A program made the position numbers and the translations under genes. This document shows positions 48,660-56,041 of a DNA stretch of 64,000 bases, one piece after another; the stretch's first letter is position 1; each line of letters begins with the position of its first letter. The DNA lies in NCBI GenBank assembly GCA_965209115.1, contig CBDBQD010000001.1, positions 843,154 to 907,153 on the forward strand, read 5' to 3'. Source of the stretch: Acidimicrobiales bacterium. GTDB lineage: Bacteria; Actinomycetota; Acidimicrobiia; Acidimicrobiales; CATQHL01. The notes under the pieces are model-generated. The model ran no database searches, was not told the origin of the DNA, and worked only from the letters and a program-made list of their open reading frames with translations.

Positions 48660-49910
48660 GTGTCGGGTCCCCGGCGAAAGGTTGGAACTGCTCTGGCCGC
48701 GATTGCGGCGGTCTCGGTGCTCCTGGGATCCGCCGCTCCGGCGCTCGGGCAGGACGGAAGCAGGCTGGAGCCGAACCGGCTGGTGGCGATAACGACTCCG
48801 GCCAACGCCGGTACCTACAAGGTGTCCTGGCGGGCATTGGGAGGCTGCGACCCCGGTCCGGGCACGTCGGGAATGGCAGGCGAGATCACGCTGACGGTAC
48901 GGGCCGACGGGAGTCCCGACGACGACCCGCAGCCCGGCGAACTCACGGGCACCCCGGCGACCGAGGTCGTGGTGGTGAACCCGCAGTGCGTCTACGAATG
49001 GACCGTCATGGCGATCGAGGCGACCACGAACGGGAACTGCATGGTCGGGCCCGTCCCGTTCGAACCCGACGACGACTTCAGGATCACCATCACCCTGGAC
49101 GACCCGGACACCGCCTGCAGCCGGCAGTCCCGGATCGTGGTCCGTCTGAGTCCTGCCGCTGGGGTCGACGGCGACGCCACCGACCACAACGCCATCCTGC
49201 GCGCCACCTTCAGCGCGACGGCCGTGCCCGCTGAGCGGTCCCCCAAGGGTTGCTCCTCCCGCCGCGCGTCCTCGAAGGTCGACGACCGTGACACGCCGAC
49301 GGAGACCGACGACATCGTCACGATCGAGTTGCCGGTGGTGGAAGTCACCGCGGCCGGCGGGACCTGCCGCTACGACGTGGCGCTCAGGCTGCCCGGCCAA
49401 TTCGTCGCCACCTTCGAGGGGCGGAGAATCCAAGTCTTGGAGGACGTCGCCGGCCTGGCCACGATCGACGTCCTGGTCGGCGTGGTGAGCAGGATGATCC
49501 TCCTGCTGCAGACCGTCGTCGGCGACTCCGGCGGCGCCAACGCGCACTACGCACTGTCGACGGAGTGCGGACCGCCGTCGCCGCTCCCCGAGACCATGTC
49601 GCAGGACCCCGAGAGCGGCATCTGGGAGGTCGCGGGCACCACGCTCGTCGAGTTGCGGGAGGGCCGCTTCAACATCACCGCCGCGCTCGCGGACGACCCC
49701 GCCGCCGAGGGCGCCTTCGACGGCGTCCCCGCCCGCGCGCTCGGCAGCAGCGGCGAGGACTGCCGCGCCACCGTCTCGCTCACCCGCCTGCCCCCGCAAT
49801 GCCTCGCGGAGGCCACCGACATCACCGTCGACCTAGCCACCGCCTCCGAACGCGTGATCTTCGAGTTCAGGATGACCTGCGGCGGCGCGGCGCACGGCTC
49901 GACCGGCTAG
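48660..49910 (+). CDS. Secreted hypothetical protein
   Basis: GTG 48660 (RBS gaaggag) gives VSGPRRKVGTALAAIAAVSVLLGSAAPALG|QD, a signal peptide. 416 aa, several Cys, no recognised family. The track ORF starts upstream at 48426. Confidence 0.5.
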   Translation: MSGPRRKVGTALAAIAAVSVLLGSAAPALGQDGSRLEPNRLVAITTPANAGTYKVSWRALGGCDPGPGTSGMAGEITLTVRADGSPDDDPQPGELTGTPATEVVVVNPQCVYEWTVMAIEATTNGNCMVGPVPFEPDDDFRITITLDDPDTACSRQSRIVVRLSPAAGVDGDATDHNAILRATFSATAVPAERSPKGCSSRRASSKVDDRDTPTETDDIVTIELPVVEVTAAGGTCRYDVALRLPGQFVATFEGRRIQVLEDVAGLATIDVLVGVVSRMILLLQTVVGDSGGANAHYALSTECGPPSPLPETMSQDPESGIWEVAGTTLVELREGRFNITAALADDPAAEGAFDGVPARALGSSGEDCRATVSLTRLPPQCLAEATDITVDLATASERVIFEFRMTCGGAAHGSTG

Positions 49911-50022
49911 GGCGCCGGTCCCGGCACGAGGGCGACTCCGCCGGTTCTCAGGCGTCGGTGCATCGCCGCGCGGTCCGGGGGGCGGACCGGGTGGCGGCCG
50001 CCCGGCACGACGGCCGGCCGCC

Positions 50023-51186
50023 TCAGACGGGGTTGCCCATCTGCCGGGTGAACTCCCGAGCCAGTGCGCGGTTGATGTCGTCGGGCACGGGCTGCGCCCC
50101 GCGGGGGAGCGACGCATGGTCACGCGCCACGCGTTCGAGCGACCGTGCCTGCAGGGCGAAGCCCATGTCCATGGATTCGATGCTGTTGCCCTTGGGTTGG
50201 CTTCCGGCGAGGTTCATCATCCGCCCGTCTGCGATCAGATCGACGGTCCGGCCGTCTCCGAGGACGTGGCGGGCCAGCGCGTCGCCCAGCGGGATCCGCT
50301 CGGCGGTCTGCGCGTTCAGTGCCGGGACGTCGATCTCCGTGTCGAAGTGGCCGACGTTCGCCAGCAGGATCCCGCTCGGGGCCCGCTCGATCTCGGCCGG
50401 GCCGATCACGCCGTCGACGCCTGTCGCAGAGATGGCGATGTCCGCATCGGCGATCAGCGCGGCCACCGAACCGGCGACCCGGAAGCCGTCCAGCGCCGCC
50501 TCGAGGGCCTTGATCTCGTCGATCTCGGCGACGCTCACCTCGCAGCCGTTGGCCCGCATGTACTGCGCGACGCCCCGCCCGCACCAGCCGTAGCCGACGA
50601 CCAAGACCCGCTTGCCCTGCGGCATGAGGTTGGTGAGCCGGCAGAAGGACTCGTAGGTGGATTGGCCCACCGCGTGCTTGTTCTCGACGAGCGCCTTGAG
50701 CGGCGTGTCGTTGATCACGACAATGGGGAAGGTCAGATGCGGTGCCAACTCGCCGGCGAGGATGTTGTGCCCCGACGTCGTCTCCTCGGTCCCGCCGAGG
50801 ACCGCCGGACCCCGGTCGACGACCCGGCGCGCCAGGTCGGCGCCGTTGTCCAACAGGATGTCGGGATTCGAGTCCAGCACCGACTCGACGTGCCGGAGGT
50901 GACGCTCGAGGGAGTCTGATCCGCTCCCGCGGGCGTCGATGCCCTGATCGTTGAGGTAGGCGACCACGTCGTCCTGCGACGTGCCGTAGTTGCCCGTGGC
51001 GACGATGTCGGCGCCTCCCGCCTTGAGGGCCAGAAGCAGGACCGCCGTCTTCGCCTCCAAGTGCAGCGACACCCCGATGCGGTGGCCGGCGAAGGGCCGG
51101 GCGGTCTCGAACTCCGCGGCGATCCGACCGAGCATCGCCATGTTCGACGAGGTCCAGAGTATCCGGTGTGCGGTCTCGTCGGCCAT
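50023..51186 (-). CDS. ahcY: Adenosylhomocysteinase (short form)
   Basis: 387 aa from ATG 51186 (RBS gggagg). GTEETTSG, VVGYGWCGRGVA, EIDEIKALEAALDGF and NVGHFDTEIDV correspond to conserved SAHH blocks. The Arg/Pro-rich 236-aa upstream extension of the track ORF is rejected. Confidence 0.8.
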   Translation of the reverse strand: MADETAHRILWTSSNMAMLGRIAAEFETARPFAGHRIGVSLHLEAKTAVLLLALKAGGADIVATGNYGTSQDDVVAYLNDQGIDARGSGSDSLERHLRHVESVLDSNPDILLDNGADLARRVVDRGPAVLGGTEETTSGHNILAGELAPHLTFPIVVINDTPLKALVENKHAVGQSTYESFCRLTNLMPQGKRVLVVGYGWCGRGVAQYMRANGCEVSVAEIDEIKALEAALDGFRVAGSVAALIADADIAISATGVDGVIGPAEIERAPSGILLANVGHFDTEIDVPALNAQTAERIPLGDALARHVLGDGRTVDLIADGRMMNLAGSQPKGNSIESMDMGFALQARSLERVARDHASLPRGAQPVPDDINRALAREFTRQMGNPV

Positions 51187-51299
51187 GTGGTGAGCCTCCC
51201 GATCCGCCGGCCTCGCCTCGGTCTCCTCTCGCCCGCGCCCGCCGGTGATCTTACCCGCCGCCGGCGGGCGGTCGGTCCGGGGGTTCTCGCCGGTCGCTG

Positions 51300-52040
51300 T
51301 TACTGGGGCGTTTCGCCTTCGCGGTCGCCGAGTTGGGCGCGGAGCGCGGCCAACTCGGCCTCGGCGGCGCGGCGGGCGGTTTCGGCGGCGCGGCGGGCGT
51401 CTGCTTCGGCGCGGCGGGCGGTTTCGGCGGCGTCGCGTTGGCGGCGGGTTTCTTCGTGGTCGGGCAGCCAGAGGCCGGTGCGGGGGTCGCGGAGGCGCAG
51501 GCGGCCCGGCGCGGCGTGGAGTTCCAGGCCGAGGGCTTCGCTGTGGGCGCGGAGGCCGCTCCCTTCGGGGGTGGTGGGTATGGGCTCCCAGGCGCCGCCG
51601 GCGAGGCGGTCGGCTTGCAGCATCGGGGTGTAGAGGTCGCCGCCGGTGGGGTCGAGGCGCCAGTACTCGCCTGCGCCGATCTCCAGGTAGATCCCGGGCT
51701 TTTCGAGGAGGTCCCGGTCGCTGGTGCGCGCCGAGGCGATCTCCAGCACGAACGCCGGCGCGCCGGACTCCCACAGCCGGTAGCTGGCCGCCGGCTCGAG
51801 GGGGCCGGGGTCCACGCCGAAGCTCACGAACAGGTCCGGCGCCACGAACTCGGGGTCCGGGCGCGGGCGGTAGTAGAGGTTGCGGTCCGAGCACACGAAG
51901 CAGTCCCGGCGCGCCGCGAAGAAGTCGCCCAGCGCGATGAAGGCCTGCAGGCGGACCCGCGAGTGCAGCCCGGACTCGGCCATCTCAGGCGTCGTGGCGG
52001 GGTACGCCACGTCGGGATCCAGTTCGGCCAGCACGCTCAT
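51300..52040 (-). CDS. Uma2-family (DUF820) endonuclease with C-terminal heptad-repeat tail, copy A (246 aa)
   Basis: PDLFVSF...PAFVLEIASARTSDRDLLEKPGIYLEIGAGEYWRLDP is the Uma2 PD-(D/E)xK core. ATG 52040 is preceded by gagaggagg. Confidence 0.8.
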   Translation of the reverse strand: MSVLAELDPDVAYPATTPEMAESGLHSRVRLQAFIALGDFFAARRDCFVCSDRNLYYRPRPDPEFVAPDLFVSFGVDPGPLEPAASYRLWESGAPAFVLEIASARTSDRDLLEKPGIYLEIGAGEYWRLDPTGGDLYTPMLQADRLAGGAWEPIPTTPEGSGLRAHSEALGLELHAAPGRLRLRDPRTGLWLPDHEETRRQRDAAETARRAEADARRAAETARRAAEAELAALRAQLGDREGETPQ

Positions 52041-52380
52041 CGTCGCCTCCTCTCTCGCCGCGGCGGCGCGCCCCGGCACCACAGGCTACCCCGCCCGCCG
52101 GCAGCGCCGGCCCGGCCGAGATCGACGCGCCGCGGCGCCGCGCCCCGGCACCGCAGGCTGCCCCGCCCCCCGCCGCGCCGCGAACCCGACCGCTCACGAC
52201 ACGACATCATATCAGGTGATTGTTCGAAAACTCATGGAATGTCATTGCGGGTCGGGAGTCGGGCCGCGGCCGGGCCGGGATCCGGCCGCCCGGCCGGCAT
52301 CGGAGGCTTGATTCAGGACTCGTCGTCAACGGCCAGTGGGATCTGCCTGCCGACGAGGCGGCGGGCCGGTTCAGGAGGCG

Positions 52381-52767
52381 TCAGGCGGCCTCGACGTCGG
52401 TCAGGTCGAAGTCTCCACCTTTGAACAGCAGCGGCCGGCGCGTGGTCTCCGCGAGGGCGTATGCGAAGCAGTCGCCGAAGTTCAGTCCCGCCGGGTGGTT
52501 GCCCTTGCCGAATCTGCGCCACGCTCGCCGCGCGGCCTGCGCGTGTTCGGCTGTGACCGCCTCCAGTTCGATCCCCGCCTCGTGAATGAATGCGTCAAGT
52601 TCGTAACCGGCTGCGGGGCCGCTGCGACTCTCCAACACGATGCTCGCCTCCAAGAGGGAAGCCGCCGACATCCGCGGATTCGAGGCCCTGGCGATGGCGG
52701 TGGCGAAGTGCTCGGCATCGGGCTCGTGGAACAGGATTGCCAGGACCGCCGAGGTGTCAACGATCAC
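52381..52767 (-). CDS. vapC: PIN-domain ribonuclease toxin
   Basis: 128 aa. MIVDTSA..., the conserved acidic residues, and FGDCFAYALA. Confidence 0.85.
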   Translation of the reverse strand: MIVDTSAVLAILFHEPDAEHFATAIARASNPRMSAASLLEASIVLESRSGPAAGYELDAFIHEAGIELEAVTAEHAQAARRAWRRFGKGNHPAGLNFGDCFAYALAETTRRPLLFKGGDFDLTDVEAA

Positions 52768-53021
52768 CTGGGCAGCCCTCGGTCGTCGTACAGGAGATCG
52801 CCGTGCTCCGCCGCCGAGGGGCCGTCGCCCATCATGTCGGCGCAGCGTTCTCCTATGGCGAGAAGTCTCCGGACCGTTGCCTGCGCGCTGCGCTCGCTTC
52901 TCTCGCGTTGCAGGCGCTCCCTGAGGGCCACCGTGATGGCGCCGGTCATGGTGTCGCCGGTCAGCTGCGCCAACTCATCGGCGAGTTGGCAGGTCTCCTC
53001 GTTCTTGATGTTGATGCTCAC
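52764..53021 (-). CDS. vapB: VapB-type antitoxin
   Basis: 85 aa (MSINIKNEETCQLADELAQLTGDTMTGAITVALRERL...). 4-nt ATGA overlap with vapC. Confidence 0.75.
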   Translation of the reverse strand: MSINIKNEETCQLADELAQLTGDTMTGAITVALRERLQRERSERSAQATVRRLLAIGERCADMMGDGPSAAEHGDLLYDDRGLPR

Positions 53022-53531
53022 AGACCCCTCCCAGCACTGGTAGATGCTCTGTATATACGTCTACCATACTGCGTCGTGCCGCCTTCGCCGTCGTGCCGCC
53101 TTCGCCGTCGTGCCGCCTTCGCTAGGCAGTCTCACGGGCGGGTTCTCCGGCCTGCTTGCTCGCGGTCGGGTGGTCGATGCGGACGACGCGGAGGGCACCG
53201 ACGTCTCACGGGCGGGTTCTCCGGCCTGCTTGCTCGCGGTCACGCCTTTCGATCCCGCAGAGGGAACCTCACTGAATCCACCGATTAGGGTCGGTGGGGG
53301 TTGTCGGGCGGGTGGTTTCTTGGGGGGTCGGTGGACGTCTCGGGCCGGCGGGGCGGCTGTTTCGGCGGGTGCGGCGGCGCGCTGGGGTGTTGTGGCGGCG
53401 CGGTGGGCTGCTTGGGCGGTTTCGGGGCGCGTGGGGCCGGCGTTCGGCCGTCGGTGGGGCCGGCGGGGGGGTGATCGGGGGCTGATCCGCCCGAGGCGCG
53501 CGGTCGGTCCGGGGGTTCTCGCCGGTCGCTG

Positions 53532-54314
53532 TTACTGGGGCGTTTCGCCGTCGCGGTCGCCGAGCTGGGCGCGGAGCGCGGCCAACTCGGCTTCGGCGGC
53601 GTCGGCGCGGTCTTCGGCGGCGCGGCGGGCGGCGGCCTCGGCGCGGCGGGCGGCGGCCGCGGCGCGGCGGGCGTCTGCTTCGGCGCGGCGGGCGGTTTCG
53701 GCGGCGTCGCGTTGGCGGCGGGTTTCTTCGTGGTCGGGCAGCCACAGGCCGGTGCGGGGGTCGCGGAGGCGCAGGCGGCCCGGCGCGGCGTGGAGTTCCA
53801 GGCCGAGGGCTTCGCTGTGGGCGCGGAGGCCGCTCCCTTCGGGGGTGGTGGGTATGGGCTCCCAGGCGCCGCCGGCGAGGCGGTCGGCTTGCAGCATCGG
53901 GGTGTAGAGGTCGCCGCCGGTGGGGTCGAGGCGCCAGTACTCGCCTGCGCCGATCTCCAGGTAGATCCCGGGCTTTTCGAGGAGGTCCCGGTCGCTGGTG
54001 CGCGCCGAGGCGATCTCCAGCACGAACGCCGGCGCGCCGGACTCCCACAGCCGGTAGCTGGCCGCGGGCTCGAGGGGGCCGGGGTCCACGCCGAAGCTCA
54101 CGAACAGGTCCGGCGCCACGAACTCGGGGTCCGGGCGCGGGCGGTAGTAGAGGTTGCGGTCCGAGCACACGAAGCAGTCCCGGCGCGCCGCGAAGAAGTC
54201 GCCCAGCGCGATGAAGGCCTGCAGGCGGACCCGCGAGTGCAGCCCGGACTCGGCCATCTCAGGCGTCGTGGCGGGGTACGCCACGTCGGGATCCAGTTCG
54301 GCCAGCACGCTCAT
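53532..54314 (-). CDS. Uma2-family endonuclease, copy B (260 aa)
   Basis: Body identical to copy A as far as I can read. The tail is longer by 14 aa. Confidence 0.8.
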   Translation of the reverse strand: MSVLAELDPDVAYPATTPEMAESGLHSRVRLQAFIALGDFFAARRDCFVCSDRNLYYRPRPDPEFVAPDLFVSFGVDPGPLEPAASYRLWESGAPAFVLEIASARTSDRDLLEKPGIYLEIGAGEYWRLDPTGGDLYTPMLQADRLAGGAWEPIPTTPEGSGLRAHSEALGLELHAAPGRLRLRDPRTGLWLPDHEETRRQRDAAETARRAEADARRAAAAARRAEAAARRAAEDRADAAEAELAALRAQLGDRDGETPQ

Positions 54315-54825
54315 CGTCGCCTCCTCTCTCGCCTCTCTCGCCGCGGCGGCGCGCCCCGGCACCACAGGCTACCCCGCCCGCCGGCAGCGCCGGCCCGGCC
54401 GAGATCGACGCGCCGCGGCGCCGCGCCCCGGCACCGCAGGCTGCCCCGCCCCCCGCCGCGCCGCGAACCCGACCGCTCACGACACGACATCATATCAGGT
54501 GATTGTTCGAAAACTCATGGAATGTCATTGCGGGTCGGGAGTCGGGCCGCGGCCGGGCCGGGATCCGGCCGCCCCGCCGGCGCCGCAGGCGAGCCGGCCG
54601 TCCGCGCCGACTCGGGGTTCTTGAGCTACGACCTCCTCGGCCGCCTCGACGCCCAGTGGCGGCGCTCACCGCCGCAGCCCAGATCGCGGCGCCGGCCGCG
54701 CCTGCTCGGCCAGCGCCGGCGCGAGTCGTCCCAGGGCCGCATCGACGTGTTGCCTTGTTGTGTTCGGCGGTTCGGGCTTCATCGGGGCGGCGGGCGGTCG
54801 GTCCGGGGGTTCTCGCCGGTCGCTG

Positions 54826-55524
54826 TTACTGGGGCGTTTCGCCTTCGCGGTCGCCGAGCTGGGCGCGGAGCGCGGCCAACTCGGCCTCGGCGGCGCGGCG
54901 GGCGGTTTCGGCGGCGTCGCGTTGGCGGCGGGTTTCTTCGTGGTCGGGCAGCCACAGGCCGGTGCGGGGGTCGCGGAGGCGCAGGCGGCCCGGCGCGGCG
55001 TGGAGTTCCAGGCCGAGGGCTTCGCTGTGGGCGCGGAGGCCGCTCCCTTCGGGGGTGGTGGGGATGGGCGCCCAGGCGCCGCCGGCGAGGCGGTCGCCTT
55101 GCAGCATCGGGGTGTAGAGGTCGCCGCCGGTGGGGTCGAGGCGCCAGTACTCGCCTGCGCCGATCTCCAGGTAGATCCCGGGCTTTTCGAGGAGGTCCCG
55201 GTCGCTGGTGCGCGCCGAGGCGATCTCCAGCACGAACGCCGGCGCGCCGGACTCCCACAGCCGGTAGCTGGCCGCCGGCTCGAGGGGGCCGGGGTCCACG
55301 CCGAAGCTCACGAACAGGTCCGGCGCCACGAACTCGGGGTCCGGGCGCGGGCGGTAGTAGAGGTTGCGGTCCGAGCACACGAAGCAGTCCCGGCGCCCCG
55401 CGAAGAAGTCGCCCAGCGCGATGAAGGCCTGCAGGCGGACCCGCGAGTGCAGCCCGGACTCGGCCATCTCAGGCGTCGTGGCGGGGTACGCCACGTCGGG
55501 ATCCAGTTCGGCCAGCACGCTCAT
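54826..55524 (-). CDS. Uma2-family endonuclease, copy C (232 aa)
   Basis: Three substitutions seen relative to A and B (A->G in FFAGRRD, A->G in MLQGDR, E->A in GAWAPIP). The tail is shorter by 14 aa. The upstream region differs from A and B. Confidence 0.8.
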   Translation of the reverse strand: MSVLAELDPDVAYPATTPEMAESGLHSRVRLQAFIALGDFFAGRRDCFVCSDRNLYYRPRPDPEFVAPDLFVSFGVDPGPLEPAASYRLWESGAPAFVLEIASARTSDRDLLEKPGIYLEIGAGEYWRLDPTGGDLYTPMLQGDRLAGGAWAPIPTTPEGSGLRAHSEALGLELHAAPGRLRLRDPRTGLWLPDHEETRRQRDAAETARRAAEAELAALRAQLGDREGETPQ

Positions 55525-56041
55525 CGTCGCCTCCTCTCTCGCCTCTCTCGCCGCGGCGCCGCGCCCCGGCACCACAGGCTACCCCGCCCGCCGGCAGCGC
55601 CGGCCCGGTCGAGATCGACGCCCCGCGGCGCCGCGCCCCGGCACCGCAGGCTGCCCCGCCCCTCGCCGCGCCGCGAACCCGACCGCTCACGACACCATAT
55701 GATACTCTCTATATACGGGAAACGACACGAAACTTCGTTTCCTTGGCCCACGCGGCCACCATGCGCTGCGCTCGCGGCGACATGCGCCCGCGGATCACGG
55801 ATCCGTCCCTGATCGACACCTGGGCCTCTCCGCCGCTGTCTGCGACCCTGTCATGGGGCGTCCCGTCGCCGCGGGGCTTCGGGCGGTTACGGGCCGGCGG
55901 CCGGGGTGGCGTGGCTCGCGTCCTGTGCGGGTGGTATTGCTCTCGACCTCGTGAGTGCGGTATCGTGGGTGTGTAGCGATGCGCTCTCTCGGCCCGGTCG
56001 CGGGCCTTGGAGCGCGGCCCGAATTCTCAGGAGGTTCCGAG

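Larger units (their letters stand above)
51265..55690. repeat. Tandem array of three ~0.9-1.07-kb near-identical units (Uma2 gene plus flanks), interrupted by vapBC
   Basis: The units start with the same gcggtcggtccgggggttctcgccggtcgctgttactggggcgtttcgcc at about 51265, 53499 and 54792. Units A and B also share ~250 nt upstream of the gene (to about 52290 and 54570). Confidence 0.85.

Noticed and set aside
51187-51299. SAH riboswitch upstream of adenosylhomocysteinase
   Set aside because: In the gene sense the leader contains gagaggag and gggaggctcacc. It lacks the conserved GAGGAGCG...CAGGCUCGG...AACGGCGCUCAC arrangement I remember for the SAH element. The gggagg is simply the RBS.
51187-51894. 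N-terminal 236-aa extension of the adenosylhomocysteinase track ORF (50023-51894)
   Set aside because: The extension is Arg/Pro-rich, runs antisense or overlapping through the Uma2 copy A gene, and precedes a perfect RBS plus ATG at 51186 that starts the conserved SAHH sequence.
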